A DNA stretch of 64,000 bases. It comes from Candidatus Fermentibacterota bacterium. Lineage in GTDB: Bacteria; Fermentibacterota; Fermentibacteria; Fermentibacterales; JCC-6. The notes under the pieces are model-generated. The model saw only the letters and a program-made list of their open reading frames with translations, was not told the DNA's origin and made no database searches. Of this stretch, positions 39,509 through 49,311 are shown one piece after another. Positions within the stretch are counted from its first letter, which is position 1. Each line of letters begins with the position of its first letter. The DNA lies in assembly GCA_030592645.1 (NCBI GenBank), contig JAUVIR010000003.1, positions 9,279 through 73,278 on the forward strand. Reading direction: 5' to 3'. A program made the translations under genes and the position numbers.

Positions 39509-40436
39509 AATTCCTGCCTGACAATCCCAGCAGGCACCCGCCTACTGAAAGGTAAGTAAAGAGAAAAGAGGGTTTTCCAAATTTTTCCATCCACCTCAGA
39601 ACGCATCTGTATACAGGGGGAAGAAGGGTCAGCCTGACCAGCACTCTTACAGAAAATGTCAAAGGGTTTCGCGGCTTTGAGAAAACCGGCTTAATCCAGC
39701 TGCTTCCCAGTAGGCCTTCCGCTTCGGGGATTTTCTCTAGAGTGTATTTCAATCCCGAGCCACCGTACTCAACCATTTTCCTTGAATGTTCACGGACAGT
39801 GACAGTGTCAAGATGGTACACCTTCAGATCCGGATCCCAGTGCAGGGATACCCCCTTTTCTGCAAGCCTGAATCCGAATTCGGTATCCTCTCCTCCGTAG
39901 TGGTCAATCGCCGGATCGAATCCGGAGGTTTCGCGGAGAAGTGATGTGGGCAGGCTGACATTGCCTGTCACAAAGTATTTTGGAGGAAAGAAACGGGCAG
40001 TCCTGGCGCCCATGCCCCTTGTGTCGAACCACCGCTGCCAGGGGGAAGCGTCTTTCATCCAGCTGTTGACCCTGGCTCCCATAATCACATCCCCTGCATT
40101 CCTGCGGTGCTTTTCAATGTGTTTCAACAGGATGTCTTCTGGAAACCTTATATCAGCATCCGAAAGGAACGATACAGGCGCGGTGGCAGCCTGCCAGCCG
40201 GAGTTTCTCGCAATCGGTCTGTTGCCGCCGCTTTCTGTATGGATTATCTCGACCCGTACCGTGTCTGGGAAACTCAGGTCGAAATCATCCTCTACGGGAA
40301 TACTGCTCCCGTCATCTATTATTATCAGCTCCCAGCTGATTCCTCCCGTATCCTGTTTTCGAAGACTCTTGAGACATTCGCGAAAATCATCACCGCCATC
40401 TTTCACAGGGATCTGAAGGGATATCTCAGGCTTCAT
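39501..40436 (-). CDS. Glycosyltransferase family 2
   Basis: IIIDDGS, ARNSG, DAD, GFD..YGGEDTEFGFRL. Confidence 0.92.
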   Translation of the reverse strand: MKPEISLQIPVKDGGDDFRECLKSLRKQDTGGISWELIIIDDGSSIPVEDDFDLSFPDTVRVEIIHTESGGNRPIARNSGWQAATAPVSFLSDADIRFPEDILLKHIEKHRRNAGDVIMGARVNSWMKDASPWQRWFDTRGMGARTARFFPPKYFVTGNVSLPTSLLRETSGFDPAIDHYGGEDTEFGFRLAEKGVSLHWDPDLKVYHLDTVTVREHSRKMVEYGGSGLKYTLEKIPEAEGLLGSSWIKPVFSKPRNPLTFSVRVLVRLTLLPPVYRCVLRWMEKFGKPSFLFTYLSVGGCLLGLSGRNFE

Positions 40437-41862
40437 CAGAAGAATTTCCCTCCAGGCGGGTACCCATTAACCTGAGATATCCTACTCCCAGAACGGTTAC
40501 GAGCGTGGCCGCAATAACGATTATCATTCTGATGCCTGGATTCAGGTTTGCCATGGGTCCGAAAGCGATAGGGGGCAGGACAGTCAGTACGACTACAAAG
40601 AAACTTATGGGAAACACCTTTCTTCCAAGCCAGAAAAGACTGAGGGCCATGAACAGGTTCGTCCCGAGTGTTGCAAATGCAGCGCCCATTGCTCCGGCAA
40701 CAGGTATCAGACGGAAGTTGAATCCTATGTTCAGCATCGCTCCGAAGAGGGTCATACCGGCAATGTATTTGGTCTGCCCTGTCAGCAGACACCCTGTCTG
40801 GGAAATGAGAAAAAGCCCGTAAAGCGCTACCGATCCTGCAAGGGTCGGAAGGACCCGTGCTGCCGGAAGGAACTGCCCGCCGCCTACAAGCGGAACTATC
40901 CAGGGAGAGGACATCGCCAGGATCAGAGAACCCCAGTTCACAAGCAGCATGAAAAGCAGCCCTGCTCTTCCCAGTTCCGCCAGCGTGCCGCCGGTTCTTT
41001 TCTTTCTGAAGATGAACCGCTTCCAGGCCATATTGAAACCCAGTATCATAGGCATGAGAACAAGGCAGGCTCTGCTTGCCCATTCGTAATATCCGCTCTG
41101 GGTCATATCGGGAAGAATACTTCTCAGCATGAACATATCGGCTGAAGAGAGAATTATCATGGAAAGCGTGGCCGGAATAAGCGGAAGACTGAATCTCAGA
41201 ATTTCTTTTGTAAGCCCCTCCGGGCTCTTCAGTTTTTTCGAGTCCGCGGTTTTCTGCAGCATCAGTATTATCGCAGTAACAGCTATCAGGAAGGAGGGCG
41301 CCCATCTTGCGGTCATGAACGATGGTATCGTATCCATAGATCCGGAATAAAGCAGAAGAGCCAGAAGGCCCAGAGCCATCACTCCTCTTATCAGCTGGAG
41401 TATCAGATACCTTCCCGCAAGGCCATCGGCCCTCGGAATGGAAAGAGCTATCTGAACGTACGCAATACTGGTTCCCAGAAGAATGGCGTGAAGCAGGTAA
41501 TCCGGATACTGCAGTTTCAGGAAGGATTTCAGAAAACCCTGCAGAAGCAGAACTGCCCCTACCATCACTATAGTGGGTATTATCGGGAATGTTATCCCTC
41601 TTATCAGAACGGCACGGTGCTGCGTTGTTCTATGCCAGGATCTGATGAGCGCAGTTGGAAGCCCCAGGACTACAATACCGGCAATGGCTTCGGCAAGTAT
41701 TCTCAATATGCCCAGTTCCCCTGCAGCGTCTGCTGTAAGATACCGGGACATGAACGGCAGGAATGCCACCTGAACCAGCCCGCTGAAGATCATTGCAACA
41801 GCGTAAAATGCGGATTCCCTTGAAAGGTCTCTGCTATGCGCAGATATGGATTGATCAGCCAT
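40426..41862 (-). CDS. Wzx-type oligosaccharide flippase
   Basis: About 12-14 TM helices; LRFSLPLIP, ADMFML, LIPVAGAMGAAFAT. Confidence 0.9.
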   Translation of the reverse strand: MADQSISAHSRDLSRESAFYAVAMIFSGLVQVAFLPFMSRYLTADAAGELGILRILAEAIAGIVVLGLPTALIRSWHRTTQHRAVLIRGITFPIIPTIVMVGAVLLLQGFLKSFLKLQYPDYLLHAILLGTSIAYVQIALSIPRADGLAGRYLILQLIRGVMALGLLALLLYSGSMDTIPSFMTARWAPSFLIAVTAIILMLQKTADSKKLKSPEGLTKEILRFSLPLIPATLSMIILSSADMFMLRSILPDMTQSGYYEWASRACLVLMPMILGFNMAWKRFIFRKKRTGGTLAELGRAGLLFMLLVNWGSLILAMSSPWIVPLVGGGQFLPAARVLPTLAGSVALYGLFLISQTGCLLTGQTKYIAGMTLFGAMLNIGFNFRLIPVAGAMGAAFATLGTNLFMALSLFWLGRKVFPISFFVVVLTVLPPIAFGPMANLNPGIRMIIVIAATLVTVLGVGYLRLMGTRLEGNSSDEA

Positions 41863-42940
41863 CGCAGGGTTCCGCCCATCCAAGATCCCGGTATATCCTG
41901 TGCAGTTCCCGGGCAACCGAGAGCCAGTGATGCTTTTTCCTGATCCATGGCGGGCCTGCTACCGCATGCTTCTCCCTGAGTTCACGATCAAGAACAAGCT
42001 CTCTGAGGTCTCTTTTCAAAGTATCCGGGGTTGTAAGAAAGAATGGATGATCCGGAATGAACTCCTGATATGCGCGGCTTAAATTAGTTACCGTGGCAAT
42101 GCCCATTGAAAGGCTCTCAAGAGAATTCACTCCGTAGCCCATATCCCCGCTGGCAACCTGATCGATAGCAATATGACATGAGGCTTTCATTTGCAGTGCC
42201 CGGGCATTCGTCATGTTCTCGATCAGGACAAGTTCGACAGGTATCTCTTTCGAAAGGTCCTCCACGGCGCTTATTATCTCTTCTGTGCCTTTTACCGACC
42301 TGATCCTGGGTGCATGACAGATACGTACCTTCCCGGGGGACGGGGAAGCCGGAGGCATGGCATTCTGGTCAAAGGGCAGAAAGAGATAATCTACTTCGCG
42401 ATATCTCTGGAAGAGGTCGAACTCACAGGTAAGGTTCAGATCCGTAACATCCCATACGGGTCTAATCGCTCCCCTCATTCTCAGGTCCAGACCGTGATAA
42501 TAGCATACTATCTTCTTACCTGCCTTCTTAAGGGCGGTTACATCCCTGCCGTCTCTATAGAAGCTCATTCCGCCTTCAAGGTGGTATATGTCAAAATCCC
42601 ACAATCCATATTCCTCTGCAGCCCTGTTGATAATCGGTTTCCATACCATATCCCTGAACCTGAGCATCAGGTTTTCGATCGTTCCGGGATTCCAGAAGAT
42701 CCGCTCTGTTGTTCCGGTGTAGGGAACCTGCAGGCTTCCAGCCTTTACCAGTTTCTTGAGCGAAAGCAGCCAGTCCATGGGACCGACAAAAGGGAGGTTC
42801 AGGCATATATCTTCCTCGTACAGGTTGGCAGCCCTGTAAAAAGTGACAAGCCGGCTTTCATGGCCAAGCTCTACATGTCCACGGACGAAAAGGTCGATAG
42901 TTCCAGTATAGTTCTGCGGTGAAAGATGAAGGATCTTCAT
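41855..42940 (-). CDS. GT-B glycosyltransferase-like protein
   Basis: MKILHL start (ATGA-coupled), YHGLDLR, HAPRIRSVKGT, IDQ..YGVNSLESLSMG. Confidence 0.8.
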   Translation of the reverse strand: MKILHLSPQNYTGTIDLFVRGHVELGHESRLVTFYRAANLYEEDICLNLPFVGPMDWLLSLKKLVKAGSLQVPYTGTTERIFWNPGTIENLMLRFRDMVWKPIINRAAEEYGLWDFDIYHLEGGMSFYRDGRDVTALKKAGKKIVCYYHGLDLRMRGAIRPVWDVTDLNLTCEFDLFQRYREVDYLFLPFDQNAMPPASPSPGKVRICHAPRIRSVKGTEEIISAVEDLSKEIPVELVLIENMTNARALQMKASCHIAIDQVASGDMGYGVNSLESLSMGIATVTNLSRAYQEFIPDHPFFLTTPDTLKRDLRELVLDRELREKHAVAGPPWIRKKHHWLSVARELHRIYRDLGWAEPCDG

Positions 42941-44229
42941 GCTGCAATCTTCCCTGCACGCCGGCTTTTCTTCAGAACAGATATTCCGGTCGCTGCCAGT
43001 ACCGATGCGGCTATTGTCTGAGCAAGAACCCCTATCCAGATTGATATCCCGGCAGATGCTGCAGCAGTTGCCCCGAAAAGATCCGGGACCCCGGCGGCAA
43101 AATTTCTGAATGCTGAAATAAGCGGAGAGGAGGACCATGTCCAGAGTACTGCCTGCCGGGAAGGTTCATCGAAAAGGTCAGCACCGCTGGTCTGCTCAAG
43201 CAGGCAGGGATTACTCCAGAAGGCGGGAATGCAGACGATAACACCAAGTATGGCAATTGCAGGAAAAAGTTTCCCACCCGCACCCCTGAAGGAAAGCGGG
43301 AGAAGCAGAAACGGCAGTGTCGTAAAAAGAAACCTGGGGCCCCATCCTGTGCCGCCGGACCAGTCGTGAAGCATTCCATGGAAAATGAGAGAGAGAACAA
43401 AAGGGGTCCAGAGTCTCCAGTCCTTCTGAAAATACAGCGCGAAGATACAGAGCGGAGCATAGAATAGAAGCCCCTTGCCCGGACTGAGCAGAAGTCCTGG
43501 TATACCACCTTTGAAGGGCTCAAAAGCAATTGCGGGATCCTGCCCATGGCCGTCAAGGAATGGATTTCCAAACCGGTACCAGTTCAGGAAGAGTATAAGA
43601 AGAAGAAAGGGAACGAGCCCGCTCAGGAGTTTTTTCATGCTCTTCCAGTCATTCGCGAACAGAGGAAGAAGAAGCACGCTGTCAGCTCTCACAAGGATGG
43701 CAAAACCGAGACAGAGACCGGCTGCCAGCGATCGATCGCTGAGGAAAAAATAGAAGCCTGCCATGGCTGCGGCAGCAGCAGCAGTGACATCGAAAGTCAT
43801 TCTTCCGTAAACAAGGACCATTCCGCAGATGGCAATACCTATGAATCGCATGACGGGTACATCGGAGTACTTTGCGACGGCAGAAGCGTACCAGAATCCG
43901 ATCAGCGCAAGGCTGAAACCTGCGTTCAGAAGAGCCATCACCAGCTTGCCGCCATTCAATCCAAATAATTGTCCTGCAACTGCGGCGGGAATAAGGAGGA
44001 TCGAGAACCCTGCGCCATGCGGGACGAAAAGACCGGGTCTGGCACCCTGAACTACCCAGCCGAAATCCCCCGAAACTGTCATGAATGGTCTCTGACCTGT
44101 AAATGAACCGGCAACATCATACTGGGCAAGCACATCCGTTGTGTACATTCTGCCGCCGAAAACAAGTGCGAGCAATGCTGCCCATAGCAGGATCAGAGCA
44201 CGAAGACGGGATTTATGAAGTTGTTCCAC
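42937..44229 (-). CDS. Integral membrane GT-C-like glycosyltransferase
   Basis: Acidic first loop YTTD, multiple TM helices, NWYRFGNP, GLLLSPGKGLLFYAP, WGPRFL. Confidence 0.7.
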   Translation of the reverse strand: MEQLHKSRLRALILLWAALLALVFGGRMYTTDVLAQYDVAGSFTGQRPFMTVSGDFGWVVQGARPGLFVPHGAGFSILLIPAAVAGQLFGLNGGKLVMALLNAGFSLALIGFWYASAVAKYSDVPVMRFIGIAICGMVLVYGRMTFDVTAAAAAAMAGFYFFLSDRSLAAGLCLGFAILVRADSVLLLPLFANDWKSMKKLLSGLVPFLLLILFLNWYRFGNPFLDGHGQDPAIAFEPFKGGIPGLLLSPGKGLLFYAPLCIFALYFQKDWRLWTPFVLSLIFHGMLHDWSGGTGWGPRFLFTTLPFLLLPLSFRGAGGKLFPAIAILGVIVCIPAFWSNPCLLEQTSGADLFDEPSRQAVLWTWSSSPLISAFRNFAAGVPDLFGATAAASAGISIWIGVLAQTIAASVLAATGISVLKKSRRAGKIAA

Positions 44230-45197
44230 TAAACGGTTCCGAACAGTGTGTTTCTGAAAATGCCTCTCGCTGAAAAGGATTCCTTGAACCTGCAGAGGCC
44301 ATGGTTAATATCCATGTTAAGGGTAAAAGTACCAAGATCCATATAATGATACCCCATCTGCTTGGCCCATCTTATAACTTCCATGTAGACCAGATTGACC
44401 GGCCGCAGTGCCTGGTGCTCCTGGTCATGGGAGATATAGAAAGCAAGAGTGACCCTTGGATTGCAGTGGAACATAACCATTCCTGCAAGAACTTCTCCGC
44501 CCTCCATAGCGATAAATTGTGTGATATGGTCTTTCCCCAGAAGGGTTCGGAGCCTCTCCAGCTCCTCAAGCGAATGGGTGGGTTTAACATTATGACGCTG
44601 CTGAAGATTGGATTCCAGCACATGATAAAAAAGTGAGAAATCCGGGTTTTCTTCAACTGTTACACCACTCTTGACCGCTTTCCTTACTCCTCTCAAGGCG
44701 GATGAACGAAAGCCAAGCCTGAGTTCCTCTCCCAGTCTGCTGAGGTCTATCACCGCTGTCAGCTCCCTCTTCCTGTATTCAAATCCACGTTTGATAAGGG
44801 AGAACTCCAGATAGTTATGTGGCCTGCGGTAATAGACTGTTGGAGGAGGGGTCAGTTCGATACCGCGGAAGCCCTGAGACCTGCAATAGGATATGAGTTC
44901 GTCTACTATTCCTTCGATCTTGCTCAGGCCGAGCGAATCGTTGAATACCGGACCGCCGTAGGAGGCTCCCGGATAGGATCTGAACCATGTCCCATCCTCC
45001 CTGTCAGCCAGCGCACCGGGGATTATGGATTCGGTACCGTTTTTGCTTTCAATGATAAGGTGATGGTTCCTGAATCTGCCTTCCGGATGATAATCCAGAA
45101 AATCGGGAGAATGGAAAATTGTGCCATTGTTGGAGCGGAGGACGAAATTAGTCCATTCCTCTCTGTCGCGGGGCTCGACCTGCCTTATTGTAATCAT
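44229..45197 (-). CDS. FemAB-like GNAT acyl/aminoacyl transferase
   Basis: GTIFHSPDFLDYH, SYPGASYGG, RGVRKAVKSGV, MDLG, GLCRFKESF. Confidence 0.82.
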   Translation of the reverse strand: MITIRQVEPRDREEWTNFVLRSNNGTIFHSPDFLDYHPEGRFRNHHLIIESKNGTESIIPGALADREDGTWFRSYPGASYGGPVFNDSLGLSKIEGIVDELISYCRSQGFRGIELTPPPTVYYRRPHNYLEFSLIKRGFEYRKRELTAVIDLSRLGEELRLGFRSSALRGVRKAVKSGVTVEENPDFSLFYHVLESNLQQRHNVKPTHSLEELERLRTLLGKDHITQFIAMEGGEVLAGMVMFHCNPRVTLAFYISHDQEHQALRPVNLVYMEVIRWAKQMGYHYMDLGTFTLNMDINHGLCRFKESFSARGIFRNTLFGTV

Positions 45198-47437
45198 CTT
45201 ACTACCGCAACCTTGCATCTGATAACATTACTATCCCTCTCAACAAGTACTAAATAAACGCCGCTGGCAACTGAAGCTCCATTCAGTGACCCATCCCAGG
45301 TCCAATCCTCCCAGCTGTCCGCCGTAACGGAACCCAGGTATTCTCCCGTCAGTGAGAAGAATTTTACATCTATCCGTTCATCTGACCCGGACCATGCCAT
45401 GTACAGTTCTTCCTCTGCAGGAAGGTAAGGCTGCGGATAGAATATCAGATCCGTGTTCTCGAAAGGACTGTGCTGCGTAATAATCGACCAGAGCCCGACA
45501 GCTGAAGAGAAGAAAACAGTTCCGTCCTCAGGGTTTATTGAGCTGAATTCATTTTCCATTCTGTTTGTTGAAATGTATATCGAATTCGAGCGGGTGAATT
45601 CGGTTACATCTCCATCCTCAACACTGTAAATGGCAGATTCAGTCATACACCAGATCACTCCGTTGCTGTCTACCTGCATAGCCTTGACCGACCCTGATAC
45701 TCCGGCAATATCGACAAACTGGTTGCCGTTCCATCGGCTTATACCGTTCCCGGTTCCAGCCAGGATATCCCCCCCTGCATCCCTTGCGAAGCAGAAAACC
45801 TGGTTCGATTGCAGTCCCCAGGAGGTGCTGTATGCCTGTCCGTATCCAGGATACCATGTATCGGAGGATTTATCCATAGGGTCTCCTGAGTGTACAAGAA
45901 GCTGACACCCTCCCTCCGATGCAAACGATATCCACAGGCTGTCACTTCCGCACGGAAACAGTGTCTGTATATTTTTGCTGGAGAGGCCGTCGCTCTCTTC
46001 CCTTGCAGTCCACTGGAGGGTTCCCTCTTCGGGTTCACCGGAAACGGCTAGGATACCACTGGGCTCATCGGGTGTCTCCCAGAACGCCTCCTGTGCCACC
46101 AGAAGGGCTCCACTTTGAGATGTCAGCATTATGACCTGGTTATTAAGGAGGGGCGCCACAATCTGGACTACATCGGGGGAGATATCCGGAAGCGAATCGG
46201 ATACGTAAGTTATTGTCGTGTCATCATCCATGGAGTAGGTACCCCTGTCCTCTATCCATGTAAGCCCCCAGTGATAACTTGATGTCCAGATCCCCGAGCA
46301 GCCGGTCTTTGCTGCGGAGTAGGTTCGGAGAGAACGGGGCATATTGATAGTAAGCATATGGAAAGCTCTCCAGCCGCTGTCAGGATAGAACGCTAAAAGA
46401 CCTAAATGATGACTGCCGATGTAAACTCTCTCTTCATCCCAGGCCATCTGATAGCAGTTCGGGGTGGCCATGCCGGGCACCGGGATATTTATCCAGGTTC
46501 CATTATCAAGATAGCCAAGTCCATTACCTGTGTCTTTGCAGCACTCAGCCCAGGAACCGAAACCGCACCATATTTCCCCGGAACCACCGCTCAGACATGA
46601 AGCATAGCTTGCCTCCGGATACCCGGATCCGTAAAGCTCCCAGGATCCGCCACTGTACAGCATGACCTTATTGCTTGCCGCGATGAGACCATCATCATTA
46701 ACAAGTAAACCGGTAACAACCGAATCGGTACTGGCGGAATAGTCCAGCAGCCGTATCCAGCTTTCGCCCATCATTTGAGAAACTCCGCCGGAGCCGTATC
46801 CGAATATGGAATCGATGGATGCAATGTAAATGTCATCTATTCCAAGAGTCAGTGTTGAATCCTCATAGCTTGTCCAGGAGTCGGGATTAAAAATACTTCC
46901 GCTCAGATCAAGAGAATACACCCCTCTGTCTGTTGCCAGGTATAGAGTATTCCCTATACCGCTTACATCTGTCACCTCGGTGGCTGTGAAAGCCCCTCCT
47001 GTAAGATCGGAATCTATTGTAAGAAAACCATCGGCATTTCCACGCGCGAGTCCCCCGTCGGAACCGGCCCAGACATATCCCCCGCCGGTATAAACGGAAT
47101 TTACGTATCCGGAACCCGGAATACCCTCATATACGGAAAATACCTTCCATGGATCATCCCCCTGCCTTAGAGCCAGACCGCCTCCCCCTGTAGCTACCCA
47201 CAGAAGAGAATCATCAAAACATAGATCTGTAGCGGATATCCAGGGCATATCAGGATATGAAACGCTGTCCAGCCATCCGCCTGCAGGATCGTAATGGATG
47301 ATCCCGCCGGCAGTCGCACACCAGACAGTACCGTCATCGCCTGGCACAATAGAGAATATGTAGGACTGGGAGGTTTCAAAACCCCAGTTGAACGAAACAC
47401 TGCCAATGATTGTCAGAGCAAGGTATGATGCTATCAT
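45194..47437 (-). CDS. PorZ-like double beta-propeller protein with T9SS-type C-terminal domain (second paralog)
   Basis: VWCATAGG, LWVATGGGG, GLSSKNIQ, GLQSNQV; CTD FYPQPY..FSLTGE..WDG..ASGVY..KVAVVR. Confidence 0.8.
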   Translation of the reverse strand: MIASYLALTIIGSVSFNWGFETSQSYIFSIVPGDDGTVWCATAGGIIHYDPAGGWLDSVSYPDMPWISATDLCFDDSLLWVATGGGGLALRQGDDPWKVFSVYEGIPGSGYVNSVYTGGGYVWAGSDGGLARGNADGFLTIDSDLTGGAFTATEVTDVSGIGNTLYLATDRGVYSLDLSGSIFNPDSWTSYEDSTLTLGIDDIYIASIDSIFGYGSGGVSQMMGESWIRLLDYSASTDSVVTGLLVNDDGLIAASNKVMLYSGGSWELYGSGYPEASYASCLSGGSGEIWCGFGSWAECCKDTGNGLGYLDNGTWINIPVPGMATPNCYQMAWDEERVYIGSHHLGLLAFYPDSGWRAFHMLTINMPRSLRTYSAAKTGCSGIWTSSYHWGLTWIEDRGTYSMDDDTTITYVSDSLPDISPDVVQIVAPLLNNQVIMLTSQSGALLVAQEAFWETPDEPSGILAVSGEPEEGTLQWTAREESDGLSSKNIQTLFPCGSDSLWISFASEGGCQLLVHSGDPMDKSSDTWYPGYGQAYSTSWGLQSNQVFCFARDAGGDILAGTGNGISRWNGNQFVDIAGVSGSVKAMQVDSNGVIWCMTESAIYSVEDGDVTEFTRSNSIYISTNRMENEFSSINPEDGTVFFSSAVGLWSIITQHSPFENTDLIFYPQPYLPAEEELYMAWSGSDERIDVKFFSLTGEYLGSVTADSWEDWTWDGSLNGASVASGVYLVLVERDSNVIRCKVAVVR

Positions 47438-47452
47438 ATCAGTGAAAACTCC

Positions 47453-48160
47453 TCAGAACAGCCATGGAAAACGAAGATGCCATACCATCCAGACAGCTTC
47501 CCATACGATGCTTTTAGTCATTTTAGAGGTGCCCGCATGCCTGTCGACAAAGATTATTGGAACCTCCTTGACCGAACAGCCTGCATTAAAAAGCTTGTAA
47601 GTAACTTCTATCTGAAACGAATAACCGTCCGATTTAATGCCAGAGAGATCAAGTTTCGCAAGAGCTTCCCTTCTGAATGCCTTGAATCCGCCGGTGGCGT
47701 CTTCCAGAGGAAGTCCGGTTATCAATTTTGTATACTTATTGGCAAACCAGGAGAGAAGAAGCCTCGAGAGAGGCCAGTTCACCACGTTGACACCGCTGCA
47801 GTACCGGGAGCCTATTGCAAGGTCGTATTCTTCAAGGGCATCGATCAGTTCCACAACCTTTTCGGGTTTGTGTGAGAAATCTGCATCCATCTGGACAACA
47901 GGATCTAATTCATCTCTCTCAAGTGCCCACCCGAAACCTGCAATGTATGCCTGTCCAAGGCCTGCCTTTACCGGACGGCTTAAAAGGTGAACTCTGCCCG
48001 TTGACTCGAATTCCAGAACCGCATCTCCTGTTCCATCAGGGCTATTATCGTCTACCACAAGTACATCAGGTTTTACAGGCAGGTCAAGGAGAATCGGTAT
48101 CAGCTTTCTGATATTCTCAAGCTCGTTGTATGTAGGTACCACAATCAAAGGTGTTTTCAA
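47453..48160 (-). CDS. Polyprenol-phosphate mannose synthase-like GT2
   Basis: VPTYNELEN, VVDDNSPDGTG, GLGQAY, QMDADFSH, GSRY, DATGGF; TTG start after GGAGGT. Confidence 0.93.
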   Translation of the reverse strand: MKTPLIVVPTYNELENIRKLIPILLDLPVKPDVLVVDDNSPDGTGDAVLEFESTGRVHLLSRPVKAGLGQAYIAGFGWALERDELDPVVQMDADFSHKPEKVVELIDALEEYDLAIGSRYCSGVNVVNWPLSRLLLSWFANKYTKLITGLPLEDATGGFKAFRREALAKLDLSGIKSDGYSFQIEVTYKLFNAGCSVKEVPIIFVDRHAGTSKMTKSIVWEAVWMVWHLRFPWLF

Positions 48161-48246
48161 AAGACCTCCACTTTCTATATTCGGTTTAATATAATTATTC
48201 ATTGCAGCACAGGTACAGTATATTCAATTCAATCCGGATGGAGATC

Positions 48247-49287
48247 ATGACACACAGATTAAAAATCATAATTATTCTTGTTACATTGTTTTGTACACTT
48301 CCTCTGCACGCATGGAAGGTATTTCCGTTACTCAGCTACAGCTCAACTTCCGGTGTTCTCATAGGTGGTGTAGTCAGTAATAACATGATATCTCCGTTTG
48401 AGCCCTTTGGTTTCAACGCAATGGCTTACATGTACACAGATGGAAGCATATTCGCAGAACCAAAACTTCTGTTTCCCGCAGGCAGGGGTCTTGTAACCCT
48501 CAGCTCAAGTTATAGAGTAAGGAAGAAGGTCAAATTCTTCGGCTGGGGCAACGGAGGCGATAACGAGCTTTATACAGAGTACAATGCCGAAATACAGGAT
48601 TTCTCCGGTTCCTATAATTTCACTCCACTGTCAGGTCTTGTCATATCCGGCGGACTGCTCTGCAGACATTCCACTGTATACAACAGATCCGACGAGCAAC
48701 TCTGGAGCCAGTCACCGACGGGTGAGTATGGCTCTATCTGGACTGCTGGTCCTTTCCTTAAGGGGAACTGGTCCATCCCTGTTCTTATAAACGGTTATGT
48801 ATCCGCCGGATACGATATACAGCGGGGCAGTGATATCTCATATTCGAGCGCAGAATGCGCACTGGCAGTATTCGCACCCATTGGCAGCTCAACTACCCCG
48901 GCATTCAGAATGAAGGTTGAAAGACACATCGGAACGGCTTCCACACCTTTTTCGTTCCTGCCCTCCCAAGGAGGCAGTTCAGGTCTCAGAGGATACAGTG
49001 ATGCAAGATTCGGAGGGAATTGGGCTCTGCTGGGTAACCTGGAGCTGAGGCAGAAGATATTCTCATTATCGATTGATGAGAACAACGCAATGGACTTCTC
49101 CCTTGTTCTGTTCGGGGATGCCGGCCAGGTGGCTGATCACCTGGGCGAGTGCCAATGGAACCGATTCCACCTGGATGGAGGTGCGGGGATGAGGATATCT
49201 CTACCGGGAGGAGGATCTCTGAGGGTAGATTTCGCCAAGTCCCCAGAGGGGCTGGGTATACAGATGGGGCTCGGAGAACTGTTCTAA
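48247..49287 (+). CDS. Omp85/BamA-family barrel-only protein
   Basis: Signal peptide; GG..LRGY...RFGG, NLELR, FGDAG, LRVDFA, terminal ELF; too short for POTRA domains. Confidence 0.8.
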   Translation: MTHRLKIIIILVTLFCTLPLHAWKVFPLLSYSSTSGVLIGGVVSNNMISPFEPFGFNAMAYMYTDGSIFAEPKLLFPAGRGLVTLSSSYRVRKKVKFFGWGNGGDNELYTEYNAEIQDFSGSYNFTPLSGLVISGGLLCRHSTVYNRSDEQLWSQSPTGEYGSIWTAGPFLKGNWSIPVLINGYVSAGYDIQRGSDISYSSAECALAVFAPIGSSTTPAFRMKVERHIGTASTPFSFLPSQGGSSGLRGYSDARFGGNWALLGNLELRQKIFSLSIDENNAMDFSLVLFGDAGQVADHLGECQWNRFHLDGGAGMRISLPGGGSLRVDFAKSPEGLGIQMGLGELF

Positions 49288-49311
49288 CAAATACTACGAA
49301 AGGTATTGCTG

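Noticed and set aside
40436-41305. 289-aa alternative-frame ORF inside the flippase, plus long antisense ORFs such as 1649-2353, 6653-7384, 49429-50262 and 51624-52205
   Set aside because: Fully overlap well-supported genes and show no recognisable motifs; shadow ORFs.
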